A stretch of DNA of 64,000 nucleotides from Candidatus Heimdallarchaeota archaeon. GTDB lineage: Archaea > Asgardarchaeota > Heimdallarchaeia > Hodarchaeales > Hodarchaeaceae. The translations under genes and the position numbers were made by a program. The stretch lies in NCBI GenBank assembly GCA_020353515.1, contig CP070695.1, positions 4,529,414-4,593,413 on the forward strand. Reading direction: 5' to 3'. Numbering within the stretch: position 1 is the stretch's first letter; every line of letters starts with the position of its first letter. Of the stretch, positions 49,594-59,376 are shown one piece after another. The notes under the pieces are model-generated. The model did not search any database, was not told the DNA's origin, and saw only the letters and a program-made list of their open reading frames with translations.

Positions 49594-51909
49594 TCATCTA
49601 TAAACGAGGTAATAATCAAAATACTCCAGAGCTTTATAACGGTAGTCATGTTCCAGCTTTGGATGGGCTTTCAAAGTCACAAGAAATTCTACTTTGTTAA
49701 GTTTATAGATTAATGCAGCTATAGCATCTAAGGTAGTTATTGAATCTTGATAATCTGTTTCTAAGCGAGCTTTTGAAAGGGAGGAAGAAGCTTCCATTTT
49801 TCGTCTTGCCCATTCTTTTCCTTGCGGAATGAACTTTTTGACAAGAGAAACCATCTTTTTGTGAAGTTCGTTTCTTGGGTTGAACAGAGGAACAGGCATA
49901 CTATCTATAATGTACTGATTGATATTTATTCCATAACAAAGCTGGCGGATTCTAAACTCAAATGGTACAGAACACATAATCCCTGCTAAATAGAACTCTA
50001 CGTTTGTAATACTGGGAAAATTATAGATACAAATTACACTATTCGAAATAACGGATTTAGGAGGTAAAATAGCTATTCGCATACGTCTACGTCGGTGATT
50101 TCCAGAAAAATTCTTCCATACGATGATTGTTTGATCCCAAAACGAGATCTTCTGCTTATATTCTTCAAATGACCGAATCCAATAACGGGGATAGGTGTCA
50201 TCAAATCCTAACCTCACTAAATGACGCCCTTCTATAAGAGGAAAAGGGGTGACATCATTAACTAGAAGATTACGATCATTGGTCATATCCACCCCTCGTG
50301 AAGTTTTACATCCCCATTTATCAGAAGAAAGAGAGGGAAATTTAGTTATCTTCTTTATTATCTTCAATTCGTGTTGATTTCGTACAGCTGGAACGATAGA
50401 CATTGGTGAAACTTTAAGAATTTCCTCTTGTGCAAAAAAAATAAGATTATTCGTACTTTCAGCCAAATCTTTCACTTTAATCTTAGTTAGGGTCTCAGTT
50501 GATGAAATTCCTTTAATAAACGGGAATTCTTCACCTGGAGCCTTCTTTTGAGCTAGAATGATGAGAATACTGAGACCAGCCTCTGCATCTGGGAACATTT
50601 CTTTGTTAGAGATGATTTCAATCACCAAATGAAGATAGAGTTTTGTTAACAAAACTCGACGTAAGGGTTGACTATAGAATTCACCCAACAGTCCTCCGGG
50701 AAGAATGACGCCCAAAAAACCGTTATCGCAACAAAGATTGAAAAAACGCTCAAAAAAAAGCTTAAATAGGTTTTTCTCTCCAGGTTGCCATTGAAAATAT
50801 AAATTAAAATATTCTGTAGTGTTTTTGTAAAATCCTTTTAATTTCAGATAATTAGAATAAGATTCTTTGTCGTTTTTTCGAATAGTAGTAATCTGTTGCG
50901 CATAATCAGCTTTACCAAGGGCAGTAGATCCTAACCACTCCCGATCATAAAGTTTCCATTTATCCCAAGGAGGATTTCCAATGACTGCTGTGAAACCATA
51001 TTCTTTAGAGAAGAAAACTTCTGGAAATTCAATTTCCCAGAGAAACGAAACCCGTTTTCGATCTAAAGTATCTTCATATAAAAATGAAAATAATAGCTTT
51101 GATACGACTTCATTAAATATCTTGTTTTTTAGTAAAGCTTTTTGTTTTTCATTTCTTTTTGATAATTCGGTTAGTTCTCCTTTCAGTGCTTCATTCCAAT
51201 GGATTTTTTGCATTTGTTTTCGCTGGGAAAGGAGAATGTTGATTTCTAAAGAGTTTTGGGAAAATAATTCATCTTTCGCTTTAATAATCATTCGGATGGG
51301 AGAAATTAATGAGTTTCCAACTCTCAGATTAAAGTGAATAGCGATTTCAGCTAACTTCCTTACTTTTGGGTTAATAATCTTATTTATGATTTTTAAACGA
51401 GCCTGTTTTACAATCTCTGGATCAAGATCCACCCCATAAATCATCGATCTAATAATATGAAATTTCCAAATATCTAATGTTAACTGGTCTCTTTTTCCTA
51501 CCAATGAAAAATCCAATGACAATTTTTGTTGGAAATAAGTTGTTATAAATGTTAGATAAGAAGATAAATGAGTGTAATCCCACAGTTCACTTAAAAATCC
51601 TTCAAAATAACAAATAACAGCAACTAAGAATACGCCATCTCCCATTGCTGGATCCACAAAACGTAACTTTAGTACCCTATCCAACAGCTCCTGAACAGTG
51701 GAGTAATCGATTATCTCTCCAAATGAATGCCACGGCTTCCAAAAACACTCTAAGAGTATAGACTCACATAGTTCACGGACTATTTGGTTTGCTATAGAGG
51801 GATGAGTAAAAAATTGACCATGCTGTTTTTTTTTAACAATAAGCGAGTCTTTGTAAAGCATTTGAAATTCCTGTGAATTGTTATTGAGATTAGTCTTTTG
51901 CTTTTTCAA
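49594..51909 (-). CDS. Eco57I-like DNA methyltransferase (type IIG-like M+S, no nuclease domain)
   Basis: HGQFFT, DPAMGDG, GVDLD, GNSL, FLWEIEFPEVF, GNPPW. Confidence 0.88.
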   Translation of the reverse strand: MKKQKTNLNNNSQEFQMLYKDSLIVKKKQHGQFFTHPSIANQIVRELCESILLECFWKPWHSFGEIIDYSTVQELLDRVLKLRFVDPAMGDGVFLVAVICYFEGFLSELWDYTHLSSYLTFITTYFQQKLSLDFSLVGKRDQLTLDIWKFHIIRSMIYGVDLDPEIVKQARLKIINKIINPKVRKLAEIAIHFNLRVGNSLISPIRMIIKAKDELFSQNSLEINILLSQRKQMQKIHWNEALKGELTELSKRNEKQKALLKNKIFNEVVSKLLFSFLYEDTLDRKRVSFLWEIEFPEVFFSKEYGFTAVIGNPPWDKWKLYDREWLGSTALGKADYAQQITTIRKNDKESYSNYLKLKGFYKNTTEYFNLYFQWQPGEKNLFKLFFERFFNLCCDNGFLGVILPGGLLGEFYSQPLRRVLLTKLYLHLVIEIISNKEMFPDAEAGLSILIILAQKKAPGEEFPFIKGISSTETLTKIKVKDLAESTNNLIFFAQEEILKVSPMSIVPAVRNQHELKIIKKITKFPSLSSDKWGCKTSRGVDMTNDRNLLVNDVTPFPLIEGRHLVRLGFDDTYPRYWIRSFEEYKQKISFWDQTIIVWKNFSGNHRRRRMRIAILPPKSVISNSVICIYNFPSITNVEFYLAGIMCSVPFEFRIRQLCYGININQYIIDSMPVPLFNPRNELHKKMVSLVKKFIPQGKEWARRKMEASSSLSKARLETDYQDSITTLDAIAALIYKLNKVEFLVTLKAHPKLEHDYRYKALEYFDYYLVYR

Positions 51910-54478
51910 TACGCATTTTTACTAAATTTTTCAATTCGTTAAATAAACTATCGATAAGTATCGGTGAAAGTAAAAGCAAATTAGCTATCAAATCATTGAT
52001 CAGTTTTTTTATTTCTTTTGGCCTTCCATGGATTAGAGAATAAGGAGAATATTCTAGAAGTTGTAAGAAAGAGTGATTAACATCCTGTGAATGTGACTCT
52101 TTTAAGAATTCGTAACTAGGAACTTTGAGTAACTCATACTCATAAACTTTTATATCTAAACCACCCTCACCTAAATTGCTACGTCCTAGAAGTTCTATCT
52201 GTAAAGTAGTAACAAAAGAATTAAGAAATAAGAAATAAAATGGAAATAAGTCAGTTTCCTGAATAAATTTGATGCCATATAAACGTGCATCAAAATAGAA
52301 ATGATGTGGATTATAGAAAAAAGGAAACCGATCATTGATTGTCATAAGACAAAGAAGATTGAATGATTTATATTCTTTTGATGGTAAACTATACCATTTC
52401 CTTCGTGAACTGCAGGTTGGCCTATGGTTAAATTTTTTTCCTATGGCTGGGATCCATTCTTCTCCCCAACGAATGTATTCTTGAATACCTGATTTTAGTG
52501 CATTATCCGAAGCTTGGTTTGGTATTAAGATAACAACATATTTTATATCTTGCTCCCGTATTTTGTAAGTTCTGAGATCACGAGGGGATTTAATTAAGTA
52601 GTTAGGAATCCAATGTGATCCATCAACATCTGTAAAGAAATATTGCCACGAAATTTGTTCAGAGATGTCATCAATCTGATGCATCCAATATTCTTTTTCA
52701 ATGAAGAACATTGGTTCACTTTTATGAAATCCTTGAGCCTTAAACTCTTTAATAGTGACTTCATCTTTTAGATACAGCATTAATTGTCCTGTTTTCGCGT
52801 CCCAATCAGATGTGAAGAATGTATTTGTCTCACCTGGTTTACCTACATAAAAAAACTCGTTTGCACCACTTGTGAACCCTCTCCGTACGCAAGCAATTTC
52901 ACCCAACTTAATTAATTTATTTTCAAGCTTTTCCATCAGATTAAAGTAATCATATGGAGCCCGAAAAAATATACTCCATTTAGATTTTACATACAAGTCT
53001 TTATGTTCAATAGAAACAACTCGAATCTCTGGTGATGAAGTTTTTAGGTTGAAAAAATCAAAATTAGCTAGTTGTTCAAGATCTGCTTTTTTACCAATTG
53101 ATACAAAGTTTACCAAACTTTTATCTTTATTTATATCCTGAAAGGTCTTTTCTTCCTTTCTTTTAAGCTTCAAAATAGCTGTGTTAACATCTACATCTGA
53201 AATTAACTTCTTTAATCTACTACTGACTATTGATTCGATCATATAATTATTTAAAATGAAATTTTGGAACGATTTGCCATAATCAACATCCATCCACGAA
53301 TTTGGGATTATTAAACCAACACTATCTCCTTCTCTCAAAAAGTTGGTTGCATGAATTAAAAAATAAATATATAATCCAGATCTCCCTGAAATTGGATTTC
53401 TAGCAGGGATCTGCCTTTGTGAAATATTATTGAGATCTTCTTCTATTTTTCTTTTTAAAAACTCTTTGTAATCTAAAGATATCTGCTCATGCCGCGTGTA
53501 AGGAGGATTCATAAGAATTGTTGTCGTTCCTGAATCCTTTCTAGGAAACTCCAGTGAATCCTCATTGCAGTCAAAAAAATCATCTTTAATAAGCCTCCAA
53601 TCAATAGAAGATATTGATTTTGATAAAAGGAAGAACTGGACTGCACTTTCAGTAATATCTGCCAAAAGAGGATCTTTTTCAATACCTATCAATTCAATTC
53701 GATTATTAAGGGTGATTTTGCACTCCAACATTACTTGCAGTGCACCTAAAAGAAAAACCCCCGTTCCACACGCAGGATCAATAACTCTCTTGGTTTTTTT
53801 TGTGATATTCTGTTTACTAATAAAATTTGCAACTTGTATTGGAGTGAAAATTTGACCTTGTGATTGTTTATGTCCCTCTGGTATTCCTATATCGAAAATA
53901 TAGGGCAATATTAATTGATTTTTTCCTCTTGTTTCTCCCTTAATTTTTAGAATCAACTCAATAGATAGACTACAACACTCCCAGTTCATAAAAAGAAGGT
54001 AGAGTAGTTTATTGAAATGAAATTCATTTTTCATAATGGGAATCATAGACTCTTGTTCAGTTTTAACTTCCCAAAGATTTTCTATCATACTAATAAACTG
54101 ATTTTGAGCCTCTCTTGAATCAATTTCTCCCTTCTTATGAGTAGAGACTAAGTAAGAGATGTGTTGCAGAAAAATCCTAAGGTTATTACTATAATCTTCC
54201 TTTTGAAAAGAGACCAACAGTTTATCATAAAAAAGGGTAATTAATATCTTGGATAGGGGTTTGACAAACGCTGTTATTTTATTTTCCCATTCGATCCATG
54301 AAATCTCATGTAATACCGCTTTAATCCTTTCTTGAAGCCGAGAATCTTGAGTGAGCTGGCTTTGAATGTTATTCTCCACTAATATGCATATAGATCGAAG
54401 AAAGTCAAGAAAATAATGAGGAGAACTCTTTTCAATTGATTTCATTTCTTCAAATCTCCTGGTTGTATGTTTTTTCAC
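51890..54478 (-). CDS. Gamma-class amino DNA methyltransferase with a C-terminal specificity region
   Basis: GQIFTP, DPACGTG, MNPPY, NSWMDVDYG, RRGFTSGANEFF, ELLGRSNLGEGGLD. Confidence 0.88.
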   Translation of the reverse strand: MKKHTTRRFEEMKSIEKSSPHYFLDFLRSICILVENNIQSQLTQDSRLQERIKAVLHEISWIEWENKITAFVKPLSKILITLFYDKLLVSFQKEDYSNNLRIFLQHISYLVSTHKKGEIDSREAQNQFISMIENLWEVKTEQESMIPIMKNEFHFNKLLYLLFMNWECCSLSIELILKIKGETRGKNQLILPYIFDIGIPEGHKQSQGQIFTPIQVANFISKQNITKKTKRVIDPACGTGVFLLGALQVMLECKITLNNRIELIGIEKDPLLADITESAVQFFLLSKSISSIDWRLIKDDFFDCNEDSLEFPRKDSGTTTILMNPPYTRHEQISLDYKEFLKRKIEEDLNNISQRQIPARNPISGRSGLYIYFLIHATNFLREGDSVGLIIPNSWMDVDYGKSFQNFILNNYMIESIVSSRLKKLISDVDVNTAILKLKRKEEKTFQDINKDKSLVNFVSIGKKADLEQLANFDFFNLKTSSPEIRVVSIEHKDLYVKSKWSIFFRAPYDYFNLMEKLENKLIKLGEIACVRRGFTSGANEFFYVGKPGETNTFFTSDWDAKTGQLMLYLKDEVTIKEFKAQGFHKSEPMFFIEKEYWMHQIDDISEQISWQYFFTDVDGSHWIPNYLIKSPRDLRTYKIREQDIKYVVILIPNQASDNALKSGIQEYIRWGEEWIPAIGKKFNHRPTCSSRRKWYSLPSKEYKSFNLLCLMTINDRFPFFYNPHHFYFDARLYGIKFIQETDLFPFYFLFLNSFVTTLQIELLGRSNLGEGGLDIKVYEYELLKVPSYEFLKESHSQDVNHSFLQLLEYSPYSLIHGRPKEIKKLINDLIANLLLLSPILIDSLFNELKNLVKMRIEKAKD

Positions 54479-54490
54479 GACTCACCTGTT

Positions 54491-55243
54491 TTAAGAAGAA
54501 AAAAATGAATCTAGTGGAGTAATTTTTGGAACCTTGCGATCGTAGTATTCGCAAATCTCAACCATTGGACAAATTGGACATTTTGGTTTTTGAGCAATGC
54601 AAATTGTAGCCCCTAGATCTAATATACTTTGATTAACTGTCCAAACATTCTTTCCATTCTCTATCATAGCTTCAGAAAGCTTCCAAATCTCTTTTTCAAA
54701 TTTTGCGTTTTTCTCCCAATCCCACAAACCAAAAATTCTAGCTAAAACTCTCTCTACATTAACATCTACTATTGCAGCAGTTTTTTCAAAAGCAAAACTA
54801 AGAATTGCTCCCGCAGTATAACGTCCTATTCCTTTTAGAGCTAAGAGCTCATCTAGGTTGGAGGGAAATTGGCCTTTTTTCTCATAAAAGATTTGTTTAG
54901 CAATTTCATGTAAGTATTCCCCTCTTCGCTTGTACCCCAGTTCATCAGTAATCTTCTTTACATCTTGAATTGAAGACTTAGCCAATGTCTGAATGGTTGG
55001 GAATCGCTTCAAAAATTTGCTATAAATGGGGATTACAATATCTACATTCGTTTGTTGAAGCATTATTTCACTTACAAGAATCTTGTACGGATCACGAGTT
55101 CTTCGCCATGGTAAATCACGACCGTTTTGTTCAAACCATGCAACTAATGCTTTAGAAAAAAAGGCCAAACGGTCATCTCGTGTAGTTTCACCTAATACTT
55201 GTTCTTTCCTAGATAATCTTTGACCCTTCTTCTTATCAACCAT
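54491..55243 (-). CDS. mutY: Short MutY-like HhH-GPD DNA glycosylase with a 4Fe-4S loop and a C-terminal PIP box
   Basis: RDLPWR, SEIMLQQT, LKGIGRYTA, VDVNVERV, C-x6-C-x2-C-x5-C, terminal TPLDSFF. Confidence 0.85.
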   Translation of the reverse strand: MVDKKKGQRLSRKEQVLGETTRDDRLAFFSKALVAWFEQNGRDLPWRRTRDPYKILVSEIMLQQTNVDIVIPIYSKFLKRFPTIQTLAKSSIQDVKKITDELGYKRRGEYLHEIAKQIFYEKKGQFPSNLDELLALKGIGRYTAGAILSFAFEKTAAIVDVNVERVLARIFGLWDWEKNAKFEKEIWKLSEAMIENGKNVWTVNQSILDLGATICIAQKPKCPICPMVEICEYYDRKVPKITPLDSFFSS

Positions 55244-55358
55244 CTTATTTTGTGCAAATTAATCGGTGTATTTTAGATTTTCAGGTTAAAAAACACATTA
55301 GATTTAGGAGAGACTACAAGATTATATCAGCTTTTAAAGATAGAATTATGAAAAGAAT

Positions 55359-55843
55359 TCAGTAATAACTTCTAATTCGGTGATCAGACTCAATATAATT
55401 CTTCTTTGCCTCTTGATCTTGTGGATTCACCTTGAGAACCTTTGAAAAACAAAACTTTTCTCCCAGTTTTTCATTTGAAAATACAATTGGCCTAACTTCT
55501 TCCTTGCAACCATCGAATTTGAATCAATCTTTAGAGCTTGCTGGAAATATGCTTCAGCACTAAAGTAATCACCTGTTTTAGCCATTCGTGAAGCTTTCTG
55601 AATAATTTCAATTGTTTCAGGTGTTCCTAGCTCAGATCCTTCATCACTCAGAGGTGAAGAGCAATATGGACACTGAACAAGCCCAACCATACTAAGGCTT
55701 TCAAAGCAACCTATACAGATAAATCGGGCACATTCAGAACATTTAACTCTTTCAGTAATACGACTTTTAGTCTTTGCACAGAGAGAACAAAAAAAGGGTT
55801 CTTTATTGATTAAAGATACAGATTTATTCAGAAAAACCACCAA
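55359..55843 (-). pseudogene. C4C4 RING-like zinc finger plus TPR protein, frameshifted near 55452
   Basis: CSLC..CSEC....CIGC..CPYC followed by a TPR; the second TPR continues in another frame (CFSKVLKVNPQDQEAKKNY..., 55451-55359). Confidence 0.65.
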
Positions 55844-56173
55844 AAGTTCATGATAGGTACTAAGTAGAATTTAGTATTATTTTAAATTTATCATCCCCAA
55901 CCTTGTTTTCCGAAAACCGCTGAATTTAATTTTATGTCAGAATTCATTTTCCAATTTGGGAATTATAGTTGTGTAATTTTATTTAGAAGGTTAATAGCTT
56001 TTTCTGTGGAAATGAGTCAATACTTTAATTTATTGAATAATAAAATCTCCTATGACTAATAATTAATATACTCTGTATAAACTCTTAGGACAACACGTTA
56101 GTTTTGAAGAGATGCCTAATTATCATCATTAAATTCGTTAAATTAAGAGAAGAGTAAGTAAAGGTCGTTATTC

Positions 56174-57823
56174 GTGATTTTGCCTGGAATAAGATATTAT
56201 AGAAAAAAAATATCATTTCAAGCGCTAATATTACTTCTTTTAATCTCAGTATCTTTTTTTAGTTATATAACTTCTTTCGGTCACTTTAAAACAAAGTTGA
56301 GAGTAATTAACACAATTGAACCCCAGTTTGAAAAAGGACATATTACGGGACAAACAGAGATTAAGATACCAAGGAGAACTGTACAAGCAGCAGACTTCGT
56401 AATAAGCATATATCAAGAGGATGATGCATTTAATGGTTATAATCTTTTTGTGGTTGATCCAAAAAGTTCTGATCAAAGTAAATGTAATAATACCTTACTT
56501 ATTACGGATATGGCTGGAAAAATTATCAAAAAAAGGAATGTTGGCTATGGTTCTGGCACTGTTTTTGCAGAATTCATAAACTCAACCACGATCCTTATGG
56601 GGGAGCCTTCTGGAGCTGTATTATGGGATATTTATACAAATGCAAGTCTTTCGACAGGCGCGAGAGGACATCATGAATATGAATATAATCCAAACAATAA
56701 TACCATTTTCACTTTCAATCTCTACAACATAGAAATTGAGGGAGTATCTTATAGATTCGATTACATCAATGAATATAATTTAACAGGGCATCTAGTTTGG
56801 TCTCTGGATACAAGGTCGTTCATTTCTCATACTCAATGGTGCCCATTCCAAGACATGGTTGGTAAGGATAGGGGGATTACTCATTCTAATACATTTTTTT
56901 TTGATTCAGAAGAAGATATTTTTTATTATAATCCTCGGAATCTAAACACCTTCTATAAGATTGATCATAAGACCAGTGAGGTCATTTGGGGATTGGGGCA
57001 ATATGGAGACTTTACTCTCTATGATATCAAAGGTAACAAGAGACAAAGTCTCTTCTTTCATCCTCATGCTATAGAGAAAATCGATGATAACAAGTTCATC
57101 CTTTTTGATAATGATAAGCATAACTTTGGGGATCCTTCAAGTTCTAAATCTCGGATTGTTGAATTGGAAATTGATGAATCAACCATGACCGCCAATGAAT
57201 CGTGGGTTTGGGTAGCACCTAATAGCTATTACAGCCACGCGTTAGGAGATGCGGACAGACTCCCTAATGGTAACCGACTTGGAACATTTGGAACTTCATC
57301 GCATCCTGATTCAAGTCTTGGGGCAAGATTAGTAGAGGTTAATAATCAGGGGAAAATCGTATGGGAGCTGAATTTCCCACATACAGAGAAATATACTCAT
57401 GAAGTCAACCGAATGGAACGAATATGCTTCTCCCCAGTACTTAGTTCCCCTCCAGATGTGAAAACTTTTCCTAATGATAATATATCAGTCACATGGCAAA
57501 CATGGTATAATTTTCGTGCAAAAAGAAAGATGAATGGCTTTTACTCCCTATTTCTTGATGGGGAACTGATCGAAGAAGGGAAACATGTCTTTGAGAAATT
57601 TTGGAAACCAACAGATTTAACTTTTGATCTAGGGAAATTAAATCTAGGAACATACAATCTTCTTATAGAAGTTGAAGATGAGGGAGAACATGTAACAACG
57701 GATGAAATTATAATCTATGTTGATTATCATGAATCCACATCAACTATTGCGATTAGTACGAACAGTATTTTACTTGGATTAGTAATTCTAATAATTTGGA
57801 GAAAAAGAGCAGCAAAAAAGTAA
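56174..57823 (+). CDS. Arylsulfotransferase (ASST)-family secreted beta-propeller protein with a C-terminal anchor
   Basis: GHHE, THSN, FHPHA, LFDN, GDADRLPNGN; signal peptide and C-terminal TM. Confidence 0.8.
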   Translation: MILPGIRYYRKKISFQALILLLLISVSFFSYITSFGHFKTKLRVINTIEPQFEKGHITGQTEIKIPRRTVQAADFVISIYQEDDAFNGYNLFVVDPKSSDQSKCNNTLLITDMAGKIIKKRNVGYGSGTVFAEFINSTTILMGEPSGAVLWDIYTNASLSTGARGHHEYEYNPNNNTIFTFNLYNIEIEGVSYRFDYINEYNLTGHLVWSLDTRSFISHTQWCPFQDMVGKDRGITHSNTFFFDSEEDIFYYNPRNLNTFYKIDHKTSEVIWGLGQYGDFTLYDIKGNKRQSLFFHPHAIEKIDDNKFILFDNDKHNFGDPSSSKSRIVELEIDESTMTANESWVWVAPNSYYSHALGDADRLPNGNRLGTFGTSSHPDSSLGARLVEVNNQGKIVWELNFPHTEKYTHEVNRMERICFSPVLSSPPDVKTFPNDNISVTWQTWYNFRAKRKMNGFYSLFLDGELIEEGKHVFEKFWKPTDLTFDLGKLNLGTYNLLIEVEDEGEHVTTDEIIIYVDYHESTSTIAISTNSILLGLVILIIWRKRAAKK

Positions 57824-57887
57824 TGAAAAGAATTCTTAAAAATATGAAACAAGCTGTTTGTATTAAATTAAGAGGATGAGTGGTTAA

Positions 57888-58712
57888 ATGAGTAAGGAGA
57901 AAGAAAGTACTACGAAAAAACTAGGTCGATTTTTGGGTAAAAAAGTTGTTGATGCTGGACATATTATCGATAGAGAAATTAGAAAGGCAGGGAAAACAGC
58001 TAGGGATGAATTCAAAGAATTTGATATTACTAATGTTACCGTTGAGCCCCCGAAGAAACCTAAAGGAGAATCCATTGTTCATTTTACTCGGCGTGCTCGT
58101 CCGACGAAAACCTATACTCAAGCAAACCGTACTGTTCAATTTTTTTCACGAAATCCAGAAAAAAAGGAGATGAATCCTGGTATTGATGGATTGGTGAGCT
58201 TTTCGATTCTTATTGTTCCTTTTGCGGTTCTCATTGGGGCCTTAATCATTATGGGGCTACTTGATGAACCCTTAGCTATTATATTATTAATCCTCTATGC
58301 AATCCTGATAGCTATTCCGGGAGCTTATCTTGGACTCGACGCTATATTTGATGGAGCTCGAGCCGTCATTAAAGGAGGGACAACGACCCTAATTGCGATC
58401 TTTCGGGGCTTTATTGAATTTATTTCGTTGATGATTCAAGGAATAGCAGAATTATGTCTACTGCTATTGAATGGGTTATTCGGATTTGCTAAGGGTGCAT
58501 TTGATACTTTAGCTGATTATGTAGTCTTTATTGGTGTTTACACTTTGTTTGCGGTTGGGATCTACTTTTTACTTCAGGTTATAGAAATAAATCAGATCAC
58601 CAACTCTTTTATCATTCTAGGATTCTTAGTTTTGCTACCAGCTCTTCTACCTGCAAGCATCGCTCACCGCTATTGGCTTCTTTGGAGATTAAATCGCCAA
58701 ACTGCATCTTAG
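57888..58712 (+). CDS. Membrane protein of unknown function
   Basis: Basic N-terminus followed by 4-5 hydrophobic segments. Confidence 0.75.
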   Translation: MSKEKESTTKKLGRFLGKKVVDAGHIIDREIRKAGKTARDEFKEFDITNVTVEPPKKPKGESIVHFTRRARPTKTYTQANRTVQFFSRNPEKKEMNPGIDGLVSFSILIVPFAVLIGALIIMGLLDEPLAIILLILYAILIAIPGAYLGLDAIFDGARAVIKGGTTTLIAIFRGFIEFISLMIQGIAELCLLLLNGLFGFAKGAFDTLADYVVFIGVYTLFAVGIYFLLQVIEINQITNSFIILGFLVLLPALLPASIAHRYWLLWRLNRQTAS

Positions 58713-58754
58713 CAAAACAAATAATGTAATAAATCTGAATCTACTTCAAATCCT

Positions 58755-59252
58755 TTGGTCACGTCTATCTATCAGGAGTTTTTCAATGTGGATAATACAT
58801 CATTAGATGATATTGACTTAACAATAATTCGTGAACTAAGTAAGAATGGAAAGGAATCGTATGAAAAAATAGCTAGTGAGTGTGGGGTCAGTGCACAGAC
58901 TATTTCAGACCGTGTAAAAAAACTTCGGAATAAGAACATAATAACGAGATTCACTATTGATGTAGATCCTGTAAAAGTGAACTATCCAATTGAATTTATC
59001 TGTGAATTGGATATTAACGCGAGCGTAATGGACGATGTGCTTGCAGTACTAGAAGAAATTGATGAAATACATATTATTAAGATTACCACAGGGATCCATG
59101 ATATCTTGTGTATTGGAAATGCTCAGAATATAGAGAATCTACATACTATTGTTGAAAGAAAGATATCCACAATTCCTGGTGTCAATAAAACTTATACTTC
59201 TATCACTTTGAAAAAGATCAAACATAACCAAATCTTAAATTTTAACACCTAA
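58755..59252 (+). CDS. Lrp/AsnC family transcriptional regulator
   Basis: LDDIDLTII..L...G..SY..IA...GVS..T...RVKKL HTH; RAM domain TTG.HD. Confidence 0.93.
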   Translation: MVTSIYQEFFNVDNTSLDDIDLTIIRELSKNGKESYEKIASECGVSAQTISDRVKKLRNKNIITRFTIDVDPVKVNYPIEFICELDINASVMDDVLAVLEEIDEIHIIKITTGIHDILCIGNAQNIENLHTIVERKISTIPGVNKTYTSITLKKIKHNQILNFNT

Positions 59253-59376
59253 TTAATGAACTATTTAACTTTAGAGCTAAACAAATCACCGTTTTTAGTC
59301 AAAAAATTAATTGTTACTTGAATTGATTCGAAATTTACCAGATTAGTCAAATTTAAAAAATCAAAAGATTTATCAT

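Noticed and set aside
44368-54478. BREX, DISARM or a complete type I/IIG restriction-modification system
   Set aside because: No PglZ, BrxC, helicase, HsdR or recognisable endonuclease domain accompanies the methyltransferases.
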